Shown here one piece after another: positions 1 through 9,532 of a DNA stretch of 48,648 nt. The position numbers and the translations under genes are program-made. Every line of letters starts with the position of its first letter. Positions within the stretch are counted from its first letter, which is position 1. Source of the DNA: an uncultured Gammaproteobacteria bacterium (GTDB taxonomy: Bacteria; Pseudomonadota; Gammaproteobacteria; GCA-002705445; GCA-002716945); assembly GCA_902605525.1 (NCBI GenBank), contig CACLCV010000005.1, positions 1 to 48,648 of the forward strand, read 5' to 3'. Below the pieces are notes generated by a model, which had not been told where the DNA came from, did no database searches, and saw only the letters and a list, made by a program, of their open reading frames with translations.

Positions 1-289
1 TAATATTATTATATCCAATAAAAATCGCAGGAGACCACGAGGCTAATTTTATATGTACTCTATCCATAAATTCATAAAAGGATTGTTCACGACTTAGTTG
101 TTCTAAGTCAGTTTTTGTGATGAGCATTGCAACAGGTGATGGAATAACACCGTCTCTTAATCGACATTTTTCGTTGAACTCATCGATAATATTAAAATTC
201 TCATCAACTAGTTTTGCTGCAAGTTGAATGGGCTGATCAAAGTACCAACTTAATCCAGAAGTTTCAAAATCATAAAAAACATAATTCAT
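1..289 (-). CDS. sbcB: Exodeoxyribonuclease I (DEDDh 3'-5' exonuclease), N-terminal part, runs off window
   Basis: Hand-translated from ATG at 289: MNYVFYDFETSGLSWYFDQPIQLAAKLVDENFNIIDEFNEKCRLRDGVIPSPVAMLIT...FIGYNNI. ExoI motif YDFETSG, DQPIQ, PSP-A and GYN match SbcB. Absent from the ORF track because it is open-ended. Confidence 0.85.
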   Translation of the reverse strand, partial: MNYVFYDFETSGLSWYFDQPIQLAAKLVDENFNIIDEFNEKCRLRDGVIPSPVAMLITKTDLEQLSREQSFYEFMDRVHIKLASWSPAIFIGYNNI

Positions 290-331
290 TTATATTATAT
301 GTTGGATAGTGTAATCTTATTATACACAACA

Positions 332-2233
332 ATGGTAAAAAAGACATACACCGCATCTGATATTGAAATTCTAAAAGGAATAGAGCCGGTTCAAAAAAGA
401 CCTGGTATGTATACCGACACATCTACACCTAATCATTTACTACAAGAGGTATTAGATAATTGTGTTGACGAATCTATTGCAGGATTCTGTAATAATATTG
501 ATATTACTCTAAACACTGATGGGTCATATACAGTCAAAGATGATGGACGGGGTATGCCAGTAGATATTCATCCAGAATACAAAAAATCTGGAGTAGAGGT
601 TATTATGACCAATTTACATTCTGGTGCTAAATTTAGTAATAAAAATTACAAATATTCTGGGGGACTTCACGGGGTAGGTGTATCTGTAGTGAGTGCATTA
701 TCTGAATCTCTTATTGTTGATATTGAACGTACAGGTGATCAAAATCTTCATCAGATTTCATTTAAAAATGGAATAATCAGCAAAAAATTGTGCGCTATTG
801 CTAAAACTACAAAAAATTCTCATGGTACCTGTATAACTTTTAAGCCAAATAAAAAATATTTTGATAGTGAAGACATTCAAATTACTAGATTACATAAGCT
901 TGTAGAAGCGAAAACTATATTGAAGCCGGGCTTAAAGATAATAATTAATGATTTAAAGTACAAAACTGGTAATAAAGTATATTGTCATACTGGATCCTTA
1001 GATTTATATTTAAAAAATAACCTAAAATCTCAAACTCTACTTCCAATAGACCCAATTCTAATAGAACTTGATGATGATTTATTTGAAGTCTCTTCAACCG
1101 TTTGTTGGATAGAAGACATTGAGGAAATTATTCAAGATAGTTATGTAAACCTAATACCAACTTCTGATGGTGGTACCCATGTAAACTCTTTAAAGTCTGC
1201 AGTTGCTGATTCTTTACGAGATTTCATGATTACACACAAAATTATGCCAAGAAACTTAAAAATTATCCCAGATGATATATGGAAAAATACATCTTATTTG
1301 ATCTCAATTAAAATTTCTGACCCTCAGTTTGTTGGTCAAACAAAAAATAAATTACAATCCACATCTATTGGATCGAAACTATCATCTCAATTAAAGGACA
1401 GATTAGAATTGTGGCTCAATAACCATTCTGATACTGCTGAAGAAATATCAAACCTTGCTATACAGAATGCTTATCAAAGGTTATCTAATAATAAAACGAA
1501 GAAGGTAAAGGCTTCAACAAAGAGTATTATAATGCCAAGTCGTTTATCGGACTGTTCTAGTAAAGACAACAATGTGAATGAATTATTTCTCGTAGAAGGA
1601 GACTCTGCTGGAGGTTCTGCAAAACAAGCCAGAGATAGAACCTTTCAAGCTATATTGCCTTTGAGGGGAAAGATACTTAATACATGGGAAGTTAGTTCAT
1701 CAAAGATACTTGAATCAAAAGAAGTTCAGGATATATCGACTGCAATAGGTGTAAAACCTGGTGAAAGTAACCTTTCGTCATTGAGATATGGAAAAATTTG
1801 TATATTGGCTGATGCAGATTCTGATGGTTTGCATATCGCAACATTACTTATTGCTTTGTTTGTTAAGCATTTTCCTGATCTTATACTTAATGAACATATC
1901 TACGTTGCTCTTCCACCCCTCTACCGCTTAGATTATAAAAATAAAACCTACTATGCTATTTCTGATGCTCATTTAAATAAAATACTTAGTCAATATAAAA
2001 TTAAATCTACAGATAGTAATTTAAGTATAACTAGATTTAAAGGATTAGGTGAAATGAACCCATCTCAGCTTAGAGATACAACTCTGACTCCAGCATCAAG
2101 AAAACTTATCCTATTATCCCTCGACCATAAAAGTAAAGATATAAAGAAATTAAATATGATGCTATCGAAGAAAACAGCTCCCGACAGAAAAGTATGGTTA
2201 GAAAAAAAAGGTAACCTTGCTCAAACAAGCTAA
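332..2233 (+). CDS. parE: DNA topoisomerase IV subunit B
   Basis: [29 protein letters not shown] (GHKL ATPase), [30 protein letters not shown]; adjacent to parC. In-frame ATG at 332 ([11 protein letters not shown]) is preferred over 299. Confidence 0.96.
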   Translation: MVKKTYTASDIEILKGIEPVQKRPGMYTDTSTPNHLLQEVLDNCVDESIAGFCNNIDITLNTDGSYTVKDDGRGMPVDIHPEYKKSGVEVIMTNLHSGAKFSNKNYKYSGGLHGVGVSVVSALSESLIVDIERTGDQNLHQISFKNGIISKKLCAIAKTTKNSHGTCITFKPNKKYFDSEDIQITRLHKLVEAKTILKPGLKIIINDLKYKTGNKVYCHTGSLDLYLKNNLKSQTLLPIDPILIELDDDLFEVSSTVCWIEDIEEIIQDSYVNLIPTSDGGTHVNSLKSAVADSLRDFMITHKIMPRNLKIIPDDIWKNTSYLISIKISDPQFVGQTKNKLQSTSIGSKLSSQLKDRLELWLNNHSDTAEEISNLAIQNAYQRLSNNKTKKVKASTKSIIMPSRLSDCSSKDNNVNELFLVEGDSAGGSAKQARDRTFQAILPLRGKILNTWEVSSSKILESKEVQDISTAIGVKPGESNLSSLRYGKICILADADSDGLHIATLLIALFVKHFPDLILNEHIYVALPPLYRLDYKNKTYYAISDAHLNKILSQYKIKSTDSNLSITRFKGLGEMNPSQLRDTTLTPASRKLILLSLDHKSKDIKKLNMMLSKKTAPDRKVWLEKKGNLAQTS

Positions 2234-4485
2234 TGACAAAAAATAGAGATTTATTTTCATCAAATATAGAAAAAGTATCAATAGGAGACTTTAGTGAAGA
2301 TGCGTATTTAAATTATTCTATGTATGTAATTTTAGACCGAGCGCTTCCTAGTTTATTAGACGGCCTAAAACCTGTTCAGAGGAGGATAATTTATGCTATG
2401 AGTGAATTAGGGTTAAAACACTCTACCAAACATAAAAAATCCGCTAGAACAGTTGGAGATGTATTAGGAAAATTTCATCCTCATGGAGATACTGCATGTT
2501 ATGAAGCAATGGTGATAATGGCACAATCATTTGCTTATAATATGCCGTTGGTTGACGGACAAGGTAATTGGGGTACACAAGATGACCCTAAGTCTTTTGC
2601 AGCTATGAGATATACAGAATCAAAGCTCACACAATATTCAGAATTATTACTTAACGATTTAAAAAATGGTACATCAGATTGGATACCCAACTTTGATGGC
2701 ACATTAAATGAACCTAAATTTTTACCATCTCAAATTCCTAATATTCTTATAAATGGAAGTTCAGGTATAGCTGTAGGTATGTCTACCGATATTCCACCGC
2801 ATAATCTTGGCGAGATTATATTGGCGGTTCAATATATTATTAATAACCCTAAGTGTAGTATTAAGGAACTTATGGAATTCATCCCAGCACCTGACTACCC
2901 AACTGGTGCAGACTTATTGCAAGATGAATCCGATATAGTTGCTATCTATAATGAGGGTACGGGTAACATTAAATTGAGAGCCGAATACAGTCATCATGGG
3001 AAGACTATAGAAATAACATCCTTACCTTATCAAGCCTCGACTACAAAAATTATTGAACAAATTCAGTCACAAATCATTGATAAAAAGATTAGTTTTATAA
3101 ACTCAATCGAAGATCAATCTGACGAGAAAAATCCTGTAAAAATCATTATAAAAATTAAAGGAAATAGTCATAACTCAAATGATGTTATGAATCATTTATA
3201 CTTCACGACTGATCTAGAGAGAAGTTATAGAGTAAATCTAAATATGATTTCAATGGATGGTAAACCGAAGGTTATGAATTTGAAAGAAATCTTAACTGAA
3301 TGGGTCTCATTTAGAATCAATACATATAAAAGAAAACTTAATCATGAGAACAACAATATACTTGATAGACTTCATATTCTTGAAGGGTTTTTAATTGTAT
3401 ATAAGCATCTAGATATGATTATAGAAATACTGAGGAATGAAGATAATCCAAAACTAAAGATAATGAAAATAGGAAAGTTTTCTGAAAAACAATATGAATC
3501 TATTATTAATATGCGATTAAGAAATATAGCTAAACTTGAAGAAGATAAAATAAAAGATGAGTATAAAAAACTTCAAAAACGAAATAAAGAGATAAACTCT
3601 ATTCTTAAATCTAAAGCAAAACTCAATAAATTAATCATTCATGAACTTGATGTTCTTAGTGAAGAGTATGCACATGATAGAAGAACAAATATTTTGTATA
3701 ATACAGATTCATCTAAACAAATCATACAAGAAATAAAAATATCAAGTGAGCCTGTATCTCTGATTTTATCAAGTAATGGATGGGTCAAAACTAACAAAGG
3801 CAGTTCTGTATCAATCGATAATTTAACATTCAAATCAGGTGATTCATATCTTGCTCATTTAGATATAGAAAATAATAAGCAAGTATCTTTTTTAGATCAA
3901 AAAGGATTTATATATTCAATGATGGTCAATGATATTCCTTCTGGAAGAGGTTATGGTGAATCTTTAAAAAAATATTTCAATATTGATGACGGAGTACATA
4001 TCACTGGAATGTTGGATACCTCTAATGATTTACAGACCCTGTTTACCTCTGGGTCAGGTTATGGGTTCTTGTGTAAGAATAAGGAACTTTTATCTTCAAA
4101 CCGAAACGGTAAATCAATTGTAAAAAATAAACAATCAAAAATTATTAAGCCACTTGAAGTTGATGCGAAAATTTTTGATTATTATTTACTTGTGACTAAC
4201 AACCAATATCTTATCTTATCTAAGATTGATGATATTCCAATCTTGACAAAAGGTAAGGGTGTGAAATTAATTAACATCCCTAAATCCGAAGATAGCGAAA
4301 AGGTTATATTTTCTGGGGTAATTAGAGCAGGTCAAAGACTTGAAATATCTGCAGAAAATAAAAGAAGTAAATATATTGAATTTAAGGAACTTCAATCATA
4401 TATTATGAGTAGAACAAGGCGTGGAAAGAAAATTGAGCAAAAATTTATCCACAAGAATATGAAATTAAATTATAATATAGGATAA
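2233..4485 (+). CDS. parC: DNA topoisomerase IV subunit A
   Basis: [37 protein letters not shown] catalytic Tyr; no GyrA box; coupled to parE. Confidence 0.96.
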   Translation: MTKNRDLFSSNIEKVSIGDFSEDAYLNYSMYVILDRALPSLLDGLKPVQRRIIYAMSELGLKHSTKHKKSARTVGDVLGKFHPHGDTACYEAMVIMAQSFAYNMPLVDGQGNWGTQDDPKSFAAMRYTESKLTQYSELLLNDLKNGTSDWIPNFDGTLNEPKFLPSQIPNILINGSSGIAVGMSTDIPPHNLGEIILAVQYIINNPKCSIKELMEFIPAPDYPTGADLLQDESDIVAIYNEGTGNIKLRAEYSHHGKTIEITSLPYQASTTKIIEQIQSQIIDKKISFINSIEDQSDEKNPVKIIIKIKGNSHNSNDVMNHLYFTTDLERSYRVNLNMISMDGKPKVMNLKEILTEWVSFRINTYKRKLNHENNNILDRLHILEGFLIVYKHLDMIIEILRNEDNPKLKIMKIGKFSEKQYESIINMRLRNIAKLEEDKIKDEYKKLQKRNKEINSILKSKAKLNKLIIHELDVLSEEYAHDRRTNILYNTDSSKQIIQEIKISSEPVSLILSSNGWVKTNKGSSVSIDNLTFKSGDSYLAHLDIENNKQVSFLDQKGFIYSMMVNDIPSGRGYGESLKKYFNIDDGVHITGMLDTSNDLQTLFTSGSGYGFLCKNKELLSSNRNGKSIVKNKQSKIIKPLEVDAKIFDYYLLVTNNQYLILSKIDDIPILTKGKGVKLINIPKSEDSEKVIFSGVIRAGQRLEISAENKRSKYIEFKELQSYIMSRTRRGKKIEQKFIHKNMKLNYNIG

Positions 4486-4487
4486 CC

Positions 4488-5402
4488 ATGAAAAGAATTT
4501 TTTATTTTATTGTAGTCAATATCGCAATACTATTTGTTTTAAGTATCTTTTTATCACTCACAGGCTTTACCGGCATTCTTCAGTCGAATGGTGTGGATCT
4601 TGATTACGATTCACTTATGCTATTTTCACTTGTTTTTGGTATGGGCGGTTCATTCATATCCCTATACATGTCTAAGTGGATGGCTAAATCCATGGCAGGT
4701 GTCAAACTAATTACTAATCCATCAAATGAATTTGAAAGATGGTATTTAGATGTCGTAAAAAAACAATCAGCACAACTCGGATTAAAAATGCCAGAGGTTG
4801 GAATGTTCAATTCCCCCCAACCGAATGCTTTTGCTACTGGCTCATCCAAAAATAGTTCATTAGTTGCACTAAGCACAGGGCTTGTTAGCGCAATGAGTAG
4901 GGATGAAATCGAAGCTGTAATAGGTCATGAAATGAGCCATGTTGCAAATGGTGATATGATAACGCTCACACTTATACAAGGAATAGTTAATGCCTTTGTA
5001 ATATTTTTCTCCCGAGTAATCGGTCATTTTGTAGATAGAGTTATCCTAAAAAATGAGAGAGGATATGGTATAGGTTATTTTTTCACTGTAATATTCGCAC
5101 AAGTGGTACTAGGGATCCTTGCATCAACTATAGTATGTTGGTTCTCAAGAATGAGAGAATTTAGAGCAGATATTGGCGGTGCTCAACTAACTTCTAAAAC
5201 TAAAATGATTAATGCTCTTAAAGCACTTGAGCGCCAAGTAGCTGCACCATTACCAGATCAAATGTTAGCATTCGGTATATCTAATAAAGGACAATCTAGT
5301 ACGTTAAAAAAATTATTTTCTACTCATCCACCTTTAAGAAAAAGAATAGAAGCTCTAGAAACTTCTGATATAGAATCTGTGCGACAAGAACAACTTAATT
5401 AA
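4488..5402 (+). CDS. htpX: Membrane zinc metalloprotease HtpX (M48)
   Basis: PNAFATG, HEMSH (HExxH), NGDM, FSRMREFRAD, THPPL; several TM helices. Confidence 0.95.
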   Translation: MKRIFYFIVVNIAILFVLSIFLSLTGFTGILQSNGVDLDYDSLMLFSLVFGMGGSFISLYMSKWMAKSMAGVKLITNPSNEFERWYLDVVKKQSAQLGLKMPEVGMFNSPQPNAFATGSSKNSSLVALSTGLVSAMSRDEIEAVIGHEMSHVANGDMITLTLIQGIVNAFVIFFSRVIGHFVDRVILKNERGYGIGYFFTVIFAQVVLGILASTIVCWFSRMREFRADIGGAQLTSKTKMINALKALERQVAAPLPDQMLAFGISNKGQSSTLKKLFSTHPPLRKRIEALETSDIESVRQEQLN

Positions 5403-5968
5403 TGGTCGATCATTCACTTCTTAGAAATGGCAACAAAGTACTTGTTGATAATCAACCCTATGTAATTATGGATACAGACTTTGTTAATCCAGGTAAAGGC
5501 CAAGCGTTTACAAAAATTAAGATAAAAAATCTGCTTAATAAGAAAACTATTGAAAAGACTGTTAAAATTGGCGAAGAACTCAATGAAGCAGATGTTCTTA
5601 ATACCTCAATGCAATTTCTCTATCAAGAATCAAACACTTTATTTTTTATGAATCTTGAATCTTATGAACAGATTGAATTAAATGTATCATCAATAGATTT
5701 CGATCCTAGATGGTTGAATGATGGTGATGAATGTAACGTAACAATCTGGAATGATGCTATTATTGATGTAGAGCTTCCTAATTTTGTTGTATGTGAAGTT
5801 ACATCGACAGAAAGTGTTGCAAAAGGAGATACTGTATCATCCACACTTAAAGATGCAGAATTAGATAATGGCATCACTGTAAAAGTTCCTGCATTCATCA
5901 AACAAGGTGAGGACATTAAAATTAACCCAAGTACATGTGAATATTCGTCTAGAGCAAAAAATGACTAA
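5402..5968 (+). CDS. efp: Elongation factor P
   Basis: PGKGQAF loop, KGDT, VPAFIKQGEDIKIN...YSSR; 188 aa. Confidence 0.95.
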   Translation: MVDHSLLRNGNKVLVDNQPYVIMDTDFVNPGKGQAFTKIKIKNLLNKKTIEKTVKIGEELNEADVLNTSMQFLYQESNTLFFMNLESYEQIELNVSSIDFDPRWLNDGDECNVTIWNDAIIDVELPNFVVCEVTSTESVAKGDTVSSTLKDAELDNGITVKVPAFIKQGEDIKINPSTCEYSSRAKND

Positions 5969-6341
5969 AGCGCAAGAACGTAGAAAAGCTGTTGAACAAG
6001 CTATACAAGAACACAAAGCAAAAAAAAATAAATACATAATAGCTGCAGTATTTTGGTTTTTATCAAGTTTATATGTTTATTCAAATGATGCGGGCTTTTC
6101 TGATGTTTACTCATTAAAACCTTTTGTTTACTTTATAGTAGGTCCAGTCTTTGCATCTATTGTATTCGGTAACATCATGTTCTTCATGCAAAAAATAATA
6201 GAAAAAGGCGTAATTGGTTTTTTTGGACAGAATTCTCAAAACCTTGTTTTACCGGTGATCTCATTCATATTCTTTTGTGCACTAGTTGGAATGTTTATCG
6301 TAATATTCAAATTTGCAGAACTACTACAAACTATTATCTAG
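5961..6341 (+). CDS. Hypothetical membrane protein (about 3 TM helices)
   Basis: ATG at 5961 overlaps the efp stop; charged N-terminus followed by three hydrophobic segments. Confidence 0.7.
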   Translation: MTKAQERRKAVEQAIQEHKAKKNKYIIAAVFWFLSSLYVYSNDAGFSDVYSLKPFVYFIVGPVFASIVFGNIMFFMQKIIEKGVIGFFGQNSQNLVLPVISFIFFCALVGMFIVIFKFAELLQTII

Positions 6342-6343
6342 AC

Positions 6344-6370
6344 AAAATCAGATAAAACTAATCTGTTTTT
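6344..6370 (+). terminator. Weak possible intrinsic terminator
   Basis: aaaatCAGAT-aaaacta-ATCTGttttt inverted repeat plus T run just after the 5961-6341 stop; the stem is short and AT-rich. Confidence 0.25.
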
Positions 6371-6417
6371 ATTCATCAATTAAATTAATAGATACAATAA
6401 TATCATAATCATGTATT

Positions 6418-6747
6418 ATGATTTTTATGCCTATACTTATGAGAGACATATTATTGCCCGTACTTATATCAACTATCTATTGGCTAGCATTATATAATGG
6501 CGTCTTATTTCTTAACCTTATTGTCTTTGTTGTTTTATCTATTGTTTATGTTTATTACTGCAAATGGGTTAATGCAAATTATGAGCATATGTTTTCTAAA
6601 GAGTCTGTTGATGAAAAACTCAAAGACATGAATGGCTTCTCAAGACGTATTATTACAGGTATATGGGTATCACACTTTGCATTCTTCTTCTTCGGCGGGA
6701 TAAGCTTAGGTGTTTCAGTACCTTTTATCATCTACTTCAATTTGTAA
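6418..6747 (+). CDS. Hypothetical membrane protein
   Basis: 109 aa with about 3 hydrophobic segments; start codon uncertain (several ATGs). Confidence 0.6.
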   Translation: MIFMPILMRDILLPVLISTIYWLALYNGVLFLNLIVFVVLSIVYVYYCKWVNANYEHMFSKESVDEKLKDMNGFSRRIITGIWVSHFAFFFFGGISLGVSVPFIIYFNL

Positions 6748-6781
6748 ATAATAGTTAATATTATCAATATCGTAATAAATC

Positions 6782-7927
6782 ATGACTGAAATTTATGAAC
6801 AAGCAAAAGACAAATTAAATAACTTTATAAAAAATGATATTCTTACTTACTCTAAAAATAGAAACTATGATTATGGACCTAAAAATAGATCCAATGTATC
6901 TCATTTATCAAAATACATAACCCATCGTGTCATCAATGAATATGATGTTATTAATTTAGCACTATCAGAGTACTCTTTATCAAAAATAGAAAAATATGTT
7001 CAAGAAGTATTTTGGAGAGTTTATTGGAAAGGATGGCTAGAACATAGACCACAGGTATGGAACGATTATTATGAATATTCAGACAACAAACTAAATAGTG
7101 AAGACTATAAAAAAGCAATCGAAGGAACAACAGGAATTGTATGCTTTGATGATTGGGTAGAGGAATTAGTAAATGAAAACTACTTACATAATCACACAAG
7201 GATGTGGTTTGCAAGCATATGGATATTTACGTTAAATCTACCATGGCAATTAGGTGCTAATTTTTTTATGAAACATTTACTGGATGGTGACAGCGCTTCG
7301 AATACTCTCAGCTGGAGATGGGTAGCAGGTCTTCAAACAATTGGAAAACATTATTTAGCAACAGCGTCTAATATAAGTAAATTCACGAATAATGTTCATA
7401 AACCACAAAACTTAAATGAAAATGCATCACCACTTAATGAAAACAAAATCTATGACTTAATAGATATTAATTATTCTAATGCAGAACAAAGTAGTGATAC
7501 TCTTTTAATGTGTGACAATGACCTTTCTTTTAAAGAAAGGGAAGGAATGTATGCAAAATATAAATACATCTATTTGGTAAAGCTTTCTAACGAATTCAGA
7601 CGTATTGAACTTAGTGATAATGTATTAAATTATAAATATTTAATACTCGAAGAATTTTCTAATAATTACCCACAATCCAAAATACTTAATGTAAATGATT
7701 TAAAAAAAGAAATTAATACAAATAAAAACTTTGATGTAATTTATCCATGTATTGGAGAAAATCTTTCATTTCTTGAAAATAACAAAAATAATTCAAAATT
7801 AAATTATATTTATAGACAAGAAGATTTATTCTGTTGGAAATATGCAAAAAAGGGATTTTTCAATTTTAAAAAGAATATACCATTAATTATTGAGAAAATT
7901 ATCAAAACAAAAGATTTTTTTATCTAG
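6782..7927 (+). CDS. Photolyase-related protein with N-terminal FAD-binding domain (NewPHL-like, inverted domain order)
   Basis: VSHLSKYI, QEVFWRVYWKGWLE, YLHNHTRMWFASIW, LLDGDSASNTLSWRWVAGL all lie in the first ~190 aa; C-terminal alpha/beta-like region ends KGFFNFK. Confidence 0.85.
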   Translation: MTEIYEQAKDKLNNFIKNDILTYSKNRNYDYGPKNRSNVSHLSKYITHRVINEYDVINLALSEYSLSKIEKYVQEVFWRVYWKGWLEHRPQVWNDYYEYSDNKLNSEDYKKAIEGTTGIVCFDDWVEELVNENYLHNHTRMWFASIWIFTLNLPWQLGANFFMKHLLDGDSASNTLSWRWVAGLQTIGKHYLATASNISKFTNNVHKPQNLNENASPLNENKIYDLIDINYSNAEQSSDTLLMCDNDLSFKEREGMYAKYKYIYLVKLSNEFRRIELSDNVLNYKYLILEEFSNNYPQSKILNVNDLKKEINTNKNFDVIYPCIGENLSFLENNKNNSKLNYIYRQEDLFCWKYAKKGFFNFKKNIPLIIEKIIKTKDFFI

Positions 7928-7929
7928 CA

Positions 7930-8091
7930 CTATTTCAGCATCAATGTAAGGATAATCCCTGTAAACATCACAATGGATAATGACGCTAAAACAGGTAATT
8001 TTTTCATTATACCTTTTCTCCAAAAATCTGGCTCTTTTCTCCAGGTATCAGTGTCTTTCCAAAATTCTGAGTCTTTTTTCTTTAATGACAT
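7930..8091 (-). CDS. Unannotated 53-aa tail-anchored membrane protein with Trp repeats
   Basis: Hand-translated: MSLKKKDSEFWKDTDTWRKEPDFWRKGIMKKLPVLASLSIVMFTGIILTLMLK*. AGGGA upstream; fills the gap between the MazG-like gene and the photolyase. Confidence 0.65.
   Translation of the reverse strand: MSLKKKDSEFWKDTDTWRKEPDFWRKGIMKKLPVLASLSIVMFTGIILTLMLK
8014..8073. repeat. Degenerate 21/21/18-bp tandem repeat inside the small ORF
   Basis: ttttctccaaaaatctggctc | ttttctccaggtatcagtgtc | tttccaaaattctgagtc, encoding DSEFWK / DTDTWRK / EPDFWRK on the minus strand. Confidence 0.55.
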
Positions 8092-8103
8092 TACAATTAA
8101 TCC

Positions 8104-8406
8104 CTAGTTATCTCCTTCTTTAACAAATATCCCATCAATCATCTTACCTTTTCGATTTTTTATATCGTCATATGCAACCTGAAGGCAGTCTTTCATGGTT
8201 AGATTATTTCTTACCATTATATTGATTAAAACAACCATCATATCTCCAACATCGTCACGAATATCTTTGCCTTTACATAAACTATCAGATAATTCGCCTG
8301 CTTCTTGAATCAGCTTGAGATATTGATCTTTATCAGTACTGCCTTCTATAAGGTTTCTATCCTTATGCCACTGTGCAATTAAGTCTTCATAGTTTAATTC
8401 TTTCAT
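8104..8406 (-). CDS. MazG-like (all-alpha) nucleotide pyrophosphohydrolase, single domain
   Basis: WHKDRNL, KLIQEAGEL, DDVGDMMVVL (ExxE...DxxD acidic metal motif), AYDDIKNRKGKMIDGIFVKE. Confidence 0.85.
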   Translation of the reverse strand: MKELNYEDLIAQWHKDRNLIEGSTDKDQYLKLIQEAGELSDSLCKGKDIRDDVGDMMVVLINIMVRNNLTMKDCLQVAYDDIKNRKGKMIDGIFVKEGDN

Positions 8407-8467
8407 AATATTTTTTTCTCTTCTGTCTGCTTATATTTATAATTAATAAAGCTCAAGTATACAATAT

Positions 8468-8917
8468 TTATACTATCAATGAGGAATGATGAATCTTAAT
8501 TTTTAAACCAGACTCCGTAGTTTTCAAAATAAAGGTAAATGCAACTCTCATATGTTCAGCTGGACTCAACAGTTTAAAATCTAGGATACCCATGATTGCA
8601 ATAAGATCATTTTCTATAATTGTATTTGTTTCATCAATAGTCACACTCTCAAATGCTTTTAAAGCAAAGCCAGTATCTTCTGAGTATTTGCCACCAATGA
8701 AATATGAGAGGGCATCATCAACTGAATTTCTAAATATTGTCTTATTGGTCAATGTAGGTTTAAATAAAACCAACTCTTCATTAAATAGATAATGTTTATT
8801 GATGAACTCAAGTGCCATATTCTTATAATCTTCGTTTTTTTCATAAGCAGTTCGAATCATTGAAAGACCATCTATCCATGATTTAATAAACTCAAATAAT
8901 TCTTGTTTTGTTGGCAT
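8468..8917 (-). CDS. COG4337/SnoaL-like protein, putative iota-class carbonic anhydrase
   Basis: VLFKPT, ALSYFIGG...EDTGFAL and C-terminal HHSS motif; no signal peptide. Confidence 0.75.
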   Translation of the reverse strand: MPTKQELFEFIKSWIDGLSMIRTAYEKNEDYKNMALEFINKHYLFNEELVLFKPTLTNKTIFRNSVDDALSYFIGGKYSEDTGFALKAFESVTIDETNTIIENDLIAIMGILDFKLLSPAEHMRVAFTFILKTTESGLKIKIHHSSLIV

Positions 8918-8986
8918 AGTTATTAATCTCAGTCCTTTAAGTATCAGTTATTAAAACATTTTCTTGATTCTTGGTATTGTCCATAC

Positions 8987-9148
8987 TCATTTTATTAGAA
9001 TCATAGTAAATAAATAAATCACTCCAATAACAAAGCTAAATGAAACAGCACCAGCAAGTATATAGCTAGTTCCTTTATTTAAATACTTATTATTTAATAA
9101 AGCAACAGCACTTATGAATATTAAAACTAAAATAAAAGCTAAAGTCAT
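8987..9148 (-). CDS. Unannotated 53-aa two-TM protein
   Basis: Hand-translated: MTLAFILVLIFISAVALLNNKYLNKGTSYILAGAVSFSFVIGVIYLFTMILIK*. Starts 4 nt after the stop of 9153-9521. Confidence 0.55.
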   Translation of the reverse strand: MTLAFILVLIFISAVALLNNKYLNKGTSYILAGAVSFSFVIGVIYLFTMILIK

Positions 9149-9152
9149 ATTT

Positions 9153-9521
9153 TTAAAATGTATATTTAGTGTTTATTACAATCCAGTTAAGATCTCTTCC
9201 AACTGATTTCATTTTACTACGATAGTTAACATTTAGCTTGAGGGAATTAAAAAATGTCCTTGTAACACCAAATCTCAGATAATCATATGAAGCACCGGAA
9301 CCAATTGGTGTTCCCTCATTAATATCTTCACCAAAGCCTACCTCACCAAATAATCTATAATTATCCAAAATAACACTTTTACCTACTTTGATATGATGTG
9401 ATGTTTTATAGTAGCTAGAGTCACTGAACCATAATTCTTGTCTTGTTGCTATGTAACTATCAGCACTTAGATTTGGTACTGAGACTACAAGCAAGAAAAA
9501 AATATATAATATATTACGCAT
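9153..9521 (-). CDS. Small secreted outer-membrane beta-strand protein
   Basis: Signal peptide ending LSA, amphipathic beta strands, C-terminal TKYTF BAM-type signal; AAGGAG Shine-Dalgarno. Confidence 0.7.
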   Translation of the reverse strand: MRNILYIFFLLVVSVPNLSADSYIATRQELWFSDSSYYKTSHHIKVGKSVILDNYRLFGEVGFGEDINEGTPIGSGASYDYLRFGVTRTFFNSLKLNVNYRSKMKSVGRDLNWIVINTKYTF

Positions 9522-9532
9522 TTATTTCTCCT

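Noticed and set aside
2470-2510. Thr at the quinolone-resistance Ser position in ParC (HGDTACY), and likewise in GyrA (HGDTAVY)
   Set aside because: Thr is a natural wild-type variant in many proteobacteria; not evidence of selected resistance.
8937-8990. 17-aa ORF MSMDNTKNQENVLITDT (minus strand) overlapping the previous stop as ATGA
   Set aside because: Too short to tell from chance; no leader-peptide features.
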